A stretch of DNA of 64,000 nucleotides from Patescibacteria group bacterium (GCA_041671365.1 JBAZBP010000001.1:325518-389517), one strand, 5' to 3'. Positions 28,398-37,249 are shown, counted from the stretch's first letter. Notes: generated by a model from the letters alone, not told the origin. Program-made: numbers and translations.

Positions 28398-29479
28398 AAA
28401 CTTTACTTTTTACCTTAGAATTTCCGCCGTTTAAAGGAGGAATTGCGAATTATTATGGTAATTTAGCCGGTTACTGGCCCTTAGGCGAGGAATTGCAAAT
28501 TTTAAATAATAACGAAGGAAAGCTTAATCGTGGACACGCTTTTTTTTCTTGGCGTTATGCTTATGGCGCTTTAAAACGAAAAGTTAATAAAAGTAAAATT
28601 GATTATGTCATTGTCGGTCAAATTTTACCGTTAGGAACGGTCGCGATGTTTTTATCTTTTTTCCAACCTTTGAAATATGCGATATTTATACATGGCATGG
28701 ATTGGACCTGTGCTCTAAAAAGTTGGCGTAAGAAACGGTTAGTCGGGTTAATTCTTAAACGGGCCGATAAAATAATTTGCGCGAATAGTTATGTGGCTTC
28801 GCAAGTAAACGTTTTTTATCCGTTGGGCAGCGAAAAAATTGGTTTGGTTAATCCCGGTGTGGCCTCCGGCGCTCCTTATATTAACCCTCAAGATTTACAA
28901 GAATTACAAAAAATGTATCAATTGGAAAATAAAATTACCTTATTGAGTCTAGGCCGCTTAGTACAGCGCAAAGGCATTGATCAAACCATTAAAGCTTTAG
29001 CTCAAATTCCCGAACCATTACTTAATAATATTGTTTATTTTATTGCCGGTAGCGGTCAAGCCGAATCATATTTACGACAGTTAGTGCCGCCAGCCTTAAT
29101 AGATAAAATTATTTTTTTAGGAAACATAACAGAAAAAGAAAAATGGCTGTGGTTGAAACAGGCTGATATTTTTATTATGCCGGCAAGAGAAATTGACGGA
29201 GATTTTGAAGGTTTCGGCATCGTTTATTTAGAGGCTAATTTAAGCGGTTGCCCGGTTATCGCCGGGAACTCGGGCGGCGTACTTGACGCGGTAGTCGACG
29301 GCTATAATGGATTGTTAGTCGATCCTTTAGATATTATTAGCATTAAACAAGCGATAATTAAATTGGCGTCTGATTCTGATTTACGTCAAAAATTAGGCGA
29401 ACAGGGTCGAGTACGGGCAATTAGTGAATTTAACTGGGAAAAACAGACCGCCTCGCTTGTAAAATTAATAAAACCATAA
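28394..29479 (+). CDS. glycosyltransferase family 4
   Basis: FEGFGIVYLEANLSGCPVIAGNSGGVLDAV. ATGA overlap with the flippase gene. Confidence 0.85.
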   Translation: MKTLLFTLEFPPFKGGIANYYGNLAGYWPLGEELQILNNNEGKLNRGHAFFSWRYAYGALKRKVNKSKIDYVIVGQILPLGTVAMFLSFFQPLKYAIFIHGMDWTCALKSWRKKRLVGLILKRADKIICANSYVASQVNVFYPLGSEKIGLVNPGVASGAPYINPQDLQELQKMYQLENKITLLSLGRLVQRKGIDQTIKALAQIPEPLLNNIVYFIAGSGQAESYLRQLVPPALIDKIIFLGNITEKEKWLWLKQADIFIMPAREIDGDFEGFGIVYLEANLSGCPVIAGNSGGVLDAVVDGYNGLLVDPLDIISIKQAIIKLASDSDLRQKLGEQGRVRAISEFNWEKQTASLVKLIKP

Positions 29480-29485
29480 ATTTAT

Positions 29486-30196
29486 ATGATTTCGATCATT
29501 ATCCCGGTTTATAACCAAGCTCAAAAATTGATTAAGACTTTGGCCAGCCTAGCTAATCAAACTTATGCTGACTATGAAGTAATTATTGTTAATGACGGAT
29601 CAACCGATGGAGTTGAGTCGCTTTTCGTCGAGTATTATAAAAAATTAGTAAGCGATAATAAATATTTATTTATTAATCAAACTAATCAGGGTGCTCCGGC
29701 GGCTCGTAATCGGGGTTATCAAGAATCCCGTGGGGATTATTTATTTTTTTGCGATGCTGACGCCATTTTAAAAACCAACGCCCTGGAGATAATGTTGGAA
29801 GTTTTAACCAGCCATCCCGAAGCTAGTTATGCCTACCCCTCTTTTTACTGGGGAAGAAAGCTTTTTAAGGTCGGTGAATTTAGCCCTGAAAAATTAATCA
29901 GCGGACCGGGCATCCATACCATGGCTTTAATTCGTCGAGTCGATTTTCCGGCGAGCGGTTGGGATGTGAGTATTAAAAAGTTACAAGACTGGGATTTATG
30001 GTTAACCATGTTAGAGCAGGGAAAAGTTGGTTTCTGGATTAATCAGGTTTTATTTACCATTATTCCCGGCGGAACAATTAGTTCCTGGCTGCCATCCTTG
30101 GCCTATAAATTATTGCCGTTTTTACCGAGCGTTAAAAAGTATCGTTTAGCCGTTAAAATAATTAGAGAAAAACATGGCCTCAACCCCACTAATTAA
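29486..30196 (+). CDS. glycosyltransferase family 2
   Basis: ISIIIPVYNQAQKL...VIIVNDGSTDG and a DxD motif (FCDADA). Confidence 0.85.
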   Translation: MISIIIPVYNQAQKLIKTLASLANQTYADYEVIIVNDGSTDGVESLFVEYYKKLVSDNKYLFINQTNQGAPAARNRGYQESRGDYLFFCDADAILKTNALEIMLEVLTSHPEASYAYPSFYWGRKLFKVGEFSPEKLISGPGIHTMALIRRVDFPASGWDVSIKKLQDWDLWLTMLEQGKVGFWINQVLFTIIPGGTISSWLPSLAYKLLPFLPSVKKYRLAVKIIREKHGLNPTN

Positions 30197-30701
30197 AAAA
30201 AGATTAGCAGAACCCTTTTTTCTCTGGTTGATCGTATTGATTATTTTTTTGGGGATTTTATCTCTTATAATTGTTAAGACGTTTTCTAATGGTTTGGTTG
30301 ATAGAAGAATCAGTCACAATAAAATTACGCCAGCAGCGGTTAGAACCAAGATTCAAATTAATCAGCAGGTAATCAGTGCCGAAGTCGTGACAACTGCGGC
30401 GGCCATGTATCAGGGTTTAAGCAATCGCGAAATGTTATGTCCCGCTTGTGGTCTGCTCTTTGTCTTTGATAACCAACAAGAACGGAAATTTGTGATGCGT
30501 AATATGAAGATTCCCTTGGATATTATTTTTATTAATCAAGGACGAATTATTAAAATTTCCGATAATTTACCGCCGGAAGGCCAAACTCCTCAAATTATTT
30601 ATAAGAGCGGAGGGCCGGCCGATCAAGTTTTAGAGCTTAACGGCGGTTATGCTGAAAAACAGGGAATTAAAGTCGGTGATGAAGTGCTAATTTTCCCATA
30701 A
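30174..30701 (+). CDS. DUF192-family protein with N-terminal membrane anchor
   Basis: MRNMKIPLDIIFINQGRIIKI and VLELNGGYAEKQGIKVGD match my memory of the DUF192/COG1430 pattern. Confidence 0.7.
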   Translation: MASTPLIKKRLAEPFFLWLIVLIIFLGILSLIIVKTFSNGLVDRRISHNKITPAAVRTKIQINQQVISAEVVTTAAAMYQGLSNREMLCPACGLLFVFDNQQERKFVMRNMKIPLDIIFINQGRIIKISDNLPPEGQTPQIIYKSGGPADQVLELNGGYAEKQGIKVGDEVLIFP

Positions 30702-30714
30702 ATTATTTTTTATT

Positions 30715-32208
30715 ATGTCAAAAAATTCCCAAAAATTATTATTAATCCTGCTATCTTTTTTAATCATAGAAATTTTTTCATTTTTAGGTTCTCTTTTTCC
30801 CCTAGTCAATCAAATATTTTTTTTGATTTTGGTTTTTGCGACTCTCGCCTTGAGTCTTTATCATTTGGAATATGGTCTTTTGGTGGTGTTTGCTGAATTA
30901 TTTATCGGTTCGATGGGGCACTTATTTTATTTTACCGTCGGCGCCTATGAACTTCCAATTCGAATCGCTTTGTGGTTGGTAGTCATGGTGGTTTTCGGAG
31001 GAAAATTAATTCAACAATTAATAAAAGGAAAATCGTCCAGTCGTTACTGGATCAGTTTAAAAGGTTTTTCTGCTTGGAAAATTATCGGAGGATTATTTTT
31101 ATTCATTATTATCGGTATTATTAATGGCTTAGGGCGGCACAATGATTTAAATACCATTTTTTTAGATTTTAATTCTTGGCTATATTTTCTTTTAATTTTA
31201 CCGGCCGTAATAGTTTATGGATGCCGCGAAGAGCCGGTTATAACTCGTCTGCAGTCAGTCTTCTTGGCGGGCGCCCTGTGGTTAAGCATTAAAACCTTGT
31301 TTTTATTATTTATTTTTACTCACAATAACGCGTTAACCGCCGATATTTATCTATGGCTCCGTCAAACTATTGTCGGAGAGGTTACGCCGACCATCACCGG
31401 TTGGCCGCGAATTTTTATTCAGGGTCAAAGTTTTTCCGCCATTGCCTTCTTTCTATTTTTTTGGTTTAAAGCCGCTAATTTCAAATTTGGTGAATTTTTT
31501 AAACGACAAAACTTATTTATGTTAGTGGCCGCCGCCGCTTTTTTAAGCACAATCTTATTAAGTTTTTCTCGCAGTTTTTGGGTTGGTCTGCTTGGGACGT
31601 TAATTTTTAGTTTTATTTTAATTTGGCGCCGCCGTGGTTTTAAAAAAATGCTGACCGCCGGAGTTTGGGTTTTATCGGCCGGAGCTTTAAGTATCGCCTT
31701 GATTTATTTAGTGGCTGCTTGGCCGTACTGGCAGGTGAAGTCTACCGATTTTAGTCAAAGCTTTTTAGCGCGCACCGGCAGTGGTAACGACGCCGCCGTG
31801 GCTTCGCGCTGGTCATTGTTGCCAATTCTAACCCAAGCCGTTTTACGTGAACCGATTTTCGGTCAAGGCTTCGGTTCTGTCGTCACTTACGTATCTCGTG
31901 ATCCCCGAATATTACAACGCAATCCTAGCGGTCAATATACAACCTCCTCTTTTGAGTGGGGATATTTAAGTCTTTGGTTAAAAATTGGTTTAGCCGGTTT
32001 GGCCGTCTATTTATTATTCTTAGGTTTACTGATTAGGGATAGTTTGCGTTTGGCCGCTAAAACCAATAATTATTTATTTTACGCTTTGCCGGCAGGAATT
32101 TTGTTTTTAGCCCTAACCCATACTTTTACTCCTTATCTCAACCATCCGCTAGGCATCGGTTTTTTAGTTATTAGCTCTTGTCTAATTTGGCCAAATAGAG
32201 TATATTAA
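30715..32208 (+). CDS. O-antigen ligase/polymerase-like (Wzy_C) polytopic membrane protein
   Basis: About 11-12 TM segments. SFSRSFWVGLLGTLIF is followed by a large loop. Lies within a glycan cluster. Confidence 0.6.
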   Translation: MSKNSQKLLLILLSFLIIEIFSFLGSLFPLVNQIFFLILVFATLALSLYHLEYGLLVVFAELFIGSMGHLFYFTVGAYELPIRIALWLVVMVVFGGKLIQQLIKGKSSSRYWISLKGFSAWKIIGGLFLFIIIGIINGLGRHNDLNTIFLDFNSWLYFLLILPAVIVYGCREEPVITRLQSVFLAGALWLSIKTLFLLFIFTHNNALTADIYLWLRQTIVGEVTPTITGWPRIFIQGQSFSAIAFFLFFWFKAANFKFGEFFKRQNLFMLVAAAAFLSTILLSFSRSFWVGLLGTLIFSFILIWRRRGFKKMLTAGVWVLSAGALSIALIYLVAAWPYWQVKSTDFSQSFLARTGSGNDAAVASRWSLLPILTQAVLREPIFGQGFGSVVTYVSRDPRILQRNPSGQYTTSSFEWGYLSLWLKIGLAGLAVYLLFLGLLIRDSLRLAAKTNNYLFYALPAGILFLALTHTFTPYLNHPLGIGFLVISSCLIWPNRVY

Positions 32209-32241
32209 ACCTATTAATCTTGAATATTTAAGTCTAAAACT

Positions 32242-32700
32242 ATGAATGAACAAATTATTTCTCAAGAGGGCTATGATAAATTAAAAGATGAGTTAAATTT
32301 ACTCTCGACTGTTAGACGTAAAGAAATTGCGGAAAGAATCGAGCGCGCCAAAGAACTCGGCGATTTAAGCGAGAACGCCGAGTATAGTGAAGCTAAAGAT
32401 GCTCAAGCGCTTAACGAGGGTCGAGCTTTAGAGTTAATTAATATCTTAAAAAATGTTACCGTGGTTCAAGGTTCTAATTCCCATGAAGAGGTAAATATGG
32501 GATCGAGGGTTACGGTTAAGTCCAGCAACGGTGAAAAGAATTATGTAATTGTTAGTTTTAACGAAGCTGATCCGGCGAGCGGTAAAATTTCCAACGAATC
32601 TCCGCTGGGCGTCGCTTTTTTAAATAAACACAAGGGCGACCAGGTCGAAGTGGAAACGCCTAATGGCCGAGTTAAATATAAAATCATCAAAATAGATTAA
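32242..32700 (+). CDS. greA: transcription elongation factor GreA
   Basis: GYDKLKDELNLL...RRKEIAERIERAKELGDLSENAEYSEAKD, with a typical C-terminal domain. Confidence 0.92.
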   Translation: MNEQIISQEGYDKLKDELNLLSTVRRKEIAERIERAKELGDLSENAEYSEAKDAQALNEGRALELINILKNVTVVQGSNSHEEVNMGSRVTVKSSNGEKNYVIVSFNEADPASGKISNESPLGVAFLNKHKGDQVEVETPNGRVKYKIIKID

Positions 32701-32711
32701 TTTTTAATTAT

Positions 32712-34223
32712 ATGTCGGTTAATTCTGAATCTAATCCGGTTAACAACCTTCTGCCGCGAGTTGAAATCAGCGAGCATGAAGATCGTTTGAAAAAATTATC
32801 AGAGTTGGTTAAAGCGGGTATTAATCCTTATCCGGCCAAAGTTGAACGTGACCATGAAATTGCTGCGGTTATAAAAGATTTTGAAATCATGAGTACGGAT
32901 CAAAGTGTTTTTAATATTGTCGGGCGATTAAGATCCAAACGTGAACATGGTAATTTAACATTTGCAGATTTAGAGGATACTTCCGGTCGAATTCAGCTGG
33001 CTTTTTCCAAAAAAGATTTAGGGGTCGAGAACTATAAAAATTTTTTGAAATTTATTGATATTGCCGATTTTATCGCGGTCAGCGGCCAAGCTTTTTTAAC
33101 ACATAAAGGCGAGAAGAGCGTCATGGTAAAAAATTGGAAGTTGTTAACTAAAACTTTAAGACCGATTCCTGATTCTTGGTATGGATTAAAAGACGAAGAA
33201 GAGCGTTTGCGGAAACGTTATTTAGACATACTTTTAAATTCTGATGTTAAGGATATGATTTTAAAGCGGGCAAAATTTTGGCAAGCGACGAGAAATTTTT
33301 TATTAGCCAGAGGTTTTGTGGAAGTAGAAACTCCGGTTTTGGAAACTATGGCCGGCGGCGCGGATGCCAGACCGTTTCAGACTCATCACAACGCTTTAGA
33401 CCTTGATGTCTATTTAAGAATATCTACGGGTGAGTTATGGCAAAAAAAATTAATGGTGGCGGGATTTGAAAAAACCTTTGAAATTGGCCGCCAATTTAGG
33501 AATGAGGGCATGGATCCCGAACACTTACAGGATTATACCCAGATGGAATTTTATTGGGCTTACGCTGACTATAAAATGGGCATGGTTTTAACGGAAGAAA
33601 TGTATAAATATATTGCCCAAGAAACTTTTGGTACTCTTAAATTTAAAATTAAGAATTTTGAGATAGATTTGGGTAAAAAATGGGAAATCTATGATTACCG
33701 AGAGACGGTTAAAAAAATGACCGGTATTGACGTTTTAAGCGCCAGCGAAACAGAAATTGTTAGCAAATTGAAAGAATTAAAAGTTGAATATGATAAGAAA
33801 GGATTTAATATTACCAGAGCGGTAGATAATCTTTGGAAATACTGTCGAAAACAGATTGCCGGGCCAGGGTTTTTAGTCGGTACGCCGATAAGCGTTTCTC
33901 CTTTAGCCAAGCGTGATGAGAAGAATGATGCAGTTGCTCAAAGATTTCAGATTATTATCGCCGGCTCAGAAAATGGTAATGGTTATAGCGAGTTAAACAA
34001 TCCGCTTGATCAGGAGGAAAGATTTAAGGAACAACAAAAACTAAAAGAAGCAGGGGACGAGGAAGCTCAGAGTCATGATTATGATTTTGTGGAAGCTTTA
34101 GAATATGGTATGCCGCCAACCTGCGGTTTTGGATTTAGCGAGCGTCTATTTAGTTTTTTAATGGATAAATCGGTACGCGAATGTCAGATTTTTCCGTTGC
34201 TGCGTCCGAAAAAGGAAGATTAA
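32712..34223 (+). CDS. lysS: lysine--tRNA ligase, class II
   Basis: Class II motifs: FVEVETPVL, IGRQFRNEG and GMPPTCGFGFSERL. An OB anticodon-binding region lies at the N-terminus. Confidence 0.95.
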   Translation: MSVNSESNPVNNLLPRVEISEHEDRLKKLSELVKAGINPYPAKVERDHEIAAVIKDFEIMSTDQSVFNIVGRLRSKREHGNLTFADLEDTSGRIQLAFSKKDLGVENYKNFLKFIDIADFIAVSGQAFLTHKGEKSVMVKNWKLLTKTLRPIPDSWYGLKDEEERLRKRYLDILLNSDVKDMILKRAKFWQATRNFLLARGFVEVETPVLETMAGGADARPFQTHHNALDLDVYLRISTGELWQKKLMVAGFEKTFEIGRQFRNEGMDPEHLQDYTQMEFYWAYADYKMGMVLTEEMYKYIAQETFGTLKFKIKNFEIDLGKKWEIYDYRETVKKMTGIDVLSASETEIVSKLKELKVEYDKKGFNITRAVDNLWKYCRKQIAGPGFLVGTPISVSPLAKRDEKNDAVAQRFQIIIAGSENGNGYSELNNPLDQEERFKEQQKLKEAGDEEAQSHDYDFVEALEYGMPPTCGFGFSERLFSFLMDKSVRECQIFPLLRPKKED

Positions 34224-34252
34224 AAATGATCGAAATCAAAATAAAAAATAAT

Positions 34253-34323
34253 TCGGGGATCGTCTAACGGTAGGACTCCAGGTTCTGGTCCTGGCTATTG
34301 GGGTTCGAATCCCTATCCCCGAG
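34253..34323 (+). tRNA. tRNA-Gln (anticodon CUG)
   Basis: tcggggatcgtctaacggtaggactccaggttCTGgtcctggctattggggttcgaatccctatccccgag.
U1:A72 pair and G73 discriminator, as in bacterial tRNA-Gln.
No encoded CCA. Confidence 0.9.
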
Positions 34324-34328
34324 CTTAT

Positions 34329-34366
34329 AAAACAAAAAGGAATACAAACGTATTCCTTTTTGTTTT
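34329..34366 (+). terminator. intrinsic terminator after lysS/tRNA-Gln
   Basis: Perfect 17-bp stem aaaacaaaaaggaatac-aaac-gtattcctttttgtttt. Confidence 0.7.
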
Positions 34367-34381
34367 ATCATGTTTGAGATT

Positions 34382-34547
34382 TAGGGATTCGAACAGGTTG
34401 GAAGCGAGGCGCGAGAGACGGCGGAAGCCGGAACGAGCGGACGAGCGTCGACGAGCCCGAGCTGGCGTAGGGCTCGGCGCCAACTCAGGACAAGTGAGCT
34501 TTTCGCATTCCGGCGAAAAGCGAGCGCGATAATCCCTATCCCCGAGC
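34382..34547. other. GC-rich hairpin-dense element bracketed by tRNA-Gln-derived repeats (unknown function)
   Basis: Left end tagggattcgaac is an exact inverted copy of tRNA positions 34303-34315.
Right end aatccctatccccgagc is an exact direct copy of 34308-34324.
Internal hairpins lie at 34419-34430, 34452-34476 and 34498-34521.
The composition contrasts strongly with the flanks. Confidence 0.4.
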
Positions 34548-34553
34548 ATTATG

Positions 34554-34581
34554 AAAACAGCCCTGAAATAGGGCTGTTTTT
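34554..34581 (+). terminator. intrinsic terminator after the second tRNA 3'-end copy
   Basis: aaaacagccc-tgaaata-gggctgttttt. Confidence 0.65.
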
Positions 34582-34642
34582 AGCAGGGATTATTGAAACT
34601 TGGAACTAGTAATGCTAATATTAAAATAAATAATAAAATATT

Positions 34643-35041
34643 ATGTCTCAAATAATTATCGCTTCCGGCCCAGTTATAGTAGAAAATAATAAAGTTTTAT
34701 TAAACAAAGACGAGAAAGATAATTTTTGGAAGTTTTGCGGTGGCCGGATTGAAGAAAATGACGCCAATTTAAAAGATACCGCCAAAAGAGAGGCCAAAGA
34801 AGAAATGGGAATAGAGCTGGAAATATCGGACAATGATCCTTATTTCTTTTATACTGAAAAAGAAAAAGAGGGGAAGATGATTAGCATAGTACTAGTCCAT
34901 TTTCTTGCTAAAAGAAATGGCGAAATAATTCCTGGTCAAGAAACGAAAGAATGGCGCTGGTTTGATGTGAATAATTTAAACGGAGAGAATCTGGCTCCCA
35001 ATATTAAGCCGACTTTAAAATATTTCGGCTTTTTGAGATAA
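34643..35041 (+). CDS. NUDIX hydrolase
   Basis: Nudix box GGRIEENDANLKDTAKREAKEEMGIEL (GX5EX7REUXEEXGU). Confidence 0.85.
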   Translation: MSQIIIASGPVIVENNKVLLNKDEKDNFWKFCGGRIEENDANLKDTAKREAKEEMGIELEISDNDPYFFYTEKEKEGKMISIVLVHFLAKRNGEIIPGQETKEWRWFDVNNLNGENLAPNIKPTLKYFGFLR

Positions 35042-35123
35042 AGTTGTAAAAGGCCTGTTTTTTCATAATCTTCTTTAAAAATTGAAGGTCCTAAAGAAAG
35101 ATTTATCTATATTAAAATATATC

Positions 35124-35164
35124 TTGACACTAAGGTTATCTTTTGTTAAACTATAGTTAACCTT
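35124..35164 (+). promoter_or_regulatory. sigma70-like promoter with flanking 8-bp inverted repeat (candidate TA operator)
   Basis: TTGACA (35124-35129), 17 nt, then TAAACT (35147-35152). The inverted repeat taaggtta (35131-35138) / taacctta (35157-35164) brackets the -10. Confidence 0.5.
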
Positions 35165-35186
35165 AATCATTTAAATTCAAAAATAT

Positions 35187-35402
35187 ATGGAAAGTCTAAT
35201 CGCTCTAAAAGATTTACGACTTAATATGGACAAATATGCCACTGAAGTGAAAGCCGGCAAATCTTTTATTGTTTTAAAACAAAGTAAGCCTCTTTTTAAA
35301 TTAAGCCCCGTCGACGAAGATAGTAGTTGGGAAGAGGTTATTAACTTCGCTAAAATTAAAAAGGGTGGCGTTAATATTGATGAACTTTTAGCTGTTTTAT
35401 AA
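35187..35402 (+). CDS. type II antitoxin (Phd/YefM-like)
   Basis: 71 aa. The N-terminal pattern LKDLRLNMDKYATEVKAGKSFIVLKQSKPLFKLSPV is typical of Phd/YefM antitoxins. The next gene follows after a 4-nt gap. Confidence 0.7.
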   Translation: MESLIALKDLRLNMDKYATEVKAGKSFIVLKQSKPLFKLSPVDEDSSWEEVINFAKIKKGGVNIDELLAVL

Positions 35403-35406
35403 TATT

Positions 35407-35652
35407 ATGGATAAAATCGCTAAAGCGTTAAAAAGTTTGTCAGTAAAAGAAAGAAAAATAATAAAGGGCATTCTTTTAAAAATAAAGAACGGTTCTTTGT
35501 CTGGGCTTGATTTAAAGAAACTGAAAAATTGCGATGATATTTTTCGTGTTAGAAGGGGAAAATTAAGAATAATTTTTAAAAAGCAGAACAATGGTCAATA
35601 TTTCATTTTAACTATTGAGAGAAGATCGGACAAAACATATAATAATTATTAA
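35407..35652 (+). CDS. type II toxin, RelE/ParE superfamily
   Basis: 81 aa. FRVRRGKLRIIFKK...FILTIERRSDKTY resembles the RelE/StbE core. My own reading of the printed sequence puts the stop 3 nt later (35655); the track coordinate is kept. Confidence 0.7.
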   Translation: MDKIAKALKSLSVKERKIIKGILLKIKNGSLSGLDLKKLKNCDDIFRVRRGKLRIIFKKQNNGQYFILTIERRSDKTYNNY

Positions 35653-35685
35653 ATAACCGTTCCAACCATATCACAAGCTCCGAGC

Positions 35686-35725
35686 TATAAAAATAAAACT
35701 AGCACAATGTGCTAGTTTTATTTTA
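35686..35725 (+). terminator. intrinsic terminator after the TA pair
   Basis: ataaaaataaaactagcac-aat-gtgctagttttattttat, extended by the outer pairing tcacaag (35670-35676) / cttgtga (35729-35735). Confidence 0.6.
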
Positions 35726-35868
35726 TCATCTTGTGAGTTGGGGATTCGAGTCCGAAAATATTGTTATATTTTTACTATTTTAGCAAACATATTGATTTTA
35801 TTGACCTAAAAAGTTCGAATTCATTCCACTATTTTTAAAATATTTGTTATAAGATATAATTAATTTAT

Positions 35869-36698
35869 ATGAATACAATACTTATAACTCCAAAAATTAA
35901 TCCAGATTTAGACGGTGTAGCCTGCGCCTATGTTTAATTAAAGATGGTCTTATTTTTAACCCAAAAATGGAGTTTGATAAATTCATTATTGTTGATGCTA
36001 GCGATATTAAAGGCATGCCAGAAGTAATTCGGGCTAAGGATGTAGTAGAAGTGATTGACCATCGCGAAACTCATAAAGCTAAGGAAGTATTTCCTAATGC
36101 AAAAATTCAAATAGAATTAGTTGGAGCTGCAGCTACTTTAATTTTTGAAAAAATGAGGGACGTTAAATTTCCCATAAACTCTAATAACATATTTTTACTT
36201 TTTGGTGCTATTTTTTCAAACACACTTAATTTTAAATCAGATATAGCCGGCGAGAGAGATTTAGGGGCAGTTAAGTCTCTAAAAGATAATTACGGAGTGA
36301 TTATTCCGTCAAATTTGATCGATGATATGTTTAAATACAAAACGGAGTATATAGCAAACAATTTAGAGGAAGTTATTAATGGTGATTTTAAAACTTTCGA
36401 TGGCGGCCTAGGTGTTGCTCAATTGGAGGGTTTTGATTTGCAGAACTTAATCGGTGACAAAATTGAAAATATAAAAGAAATTTTGAAAAAAATTAAAGAA
36501 AAATTTAATTTGGAATATATATTTTTGACGGCTGCAGATATAAAAAATGAATATAACATCTTTGTCGTTATAGATAAAAAAACAAATTCATTACTTTCTA
36601 AATCGATAGGCTTGTCTTTTAATGACAAGGGAGTCGCTAAAAACAATAAACTTTTTTTAAGAAAACAACTCCTACCTCTATTGATTAATCAACTCTAA
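35869..36698 (+). pseudogene. DHH-family phosphoesterase (family II pyrophosphatase-like), disrupted
   Basis: A 22-codon N-terminal piece MNTILITPKINPDLDGVACAYV ends at TAA (35935-35937). The main ORF 35967-36698 is in another frame and carries VIDHRETH (a DHH-motif variant). About 40 residues expected between the two pieces are missing. Confidence 0.55.
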
Positions 36699-36910
36699 TT
36701 TTTTTTTCATAGTTAGCTATTGAAGTTCGAAAGCAGTTCCTCTGGGCGAGCCAACATATTTTTTGTGCCGTTGATCGACATATTTATAATGTAGAAATAA
36801 TTTCTTTGGGCCAGAAAGTTTATCAATATATAAAAACGGTAGAACTTTTTAGCAAAAAATGATATGATTATTGGAGAGTTGGTGTATATAATTAATCTAA
36901 TTATAAAAAT

Positions 36911-37069
36911 ATGGTGAGGGGAAACTTTATCGGTGCGGCGATTGTGGCCGTAATCTACACGGTTTTTATTTTAATAAATCCCTTGCCGGCAAAATGGCAA
37001 ACGGCGTTGCTATTGGTGGTTCTTAATGCTTTAACTATTGTGTTGCTATCTTTTGCGTTTAAAAAGTAA
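36911..37069 (+). CDS. candidate 52-aa two-TM peptide
   Basis: ATG-initiated ORF MVRGNFIGAAIVAVIYTVFILINPLPAKWQTALLLVVLNALTIVLLSFAFKK. No clear SD sequence. Confidence 0.25.
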   Translation: MVRGNFIGAAIVAVIYTVFILINPLPAKWQTALLLVVLNALTIVLLSFAFKK

Positions 37070-37249
37070 AGACAAAATAAAAATTTGCCTTTTGTCCCTG
37101 GGTATTTTATTAGGTTTATATTTTTATGATTTGCTCTTAGGGTTTATATGGTTATGGTGGACATTATTCGTAGCAACGGCCATCTATTTTATTATTAGAG
37201 TTGTAAATGAAAAATAATTAATTTATTTTTCTTATTAATAAAAAAGCAT

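Noticed and set aside
34382-34547. Could the tRNA-like-ended GC-rich element be tmRNA or a second, intron-containing tRNA?
   Set aside because: It is far too short for tmRNA. It has no tag-peptide ORF and no 5' acceptor strand (tcgggga) upstream, so only the 3' T-stem and acceptor strand are present.
34325-34549. 74-aa Arg-rich minus-strand ORF (MLGDRDYRARF...)
   Set aside because: It spans a terminator hairpin, the GC-rich element and the tRNA 3'-end copy. It has no SD sequence, and its composition simply mirrors the GC-rich insert. It is treated as non-coding.
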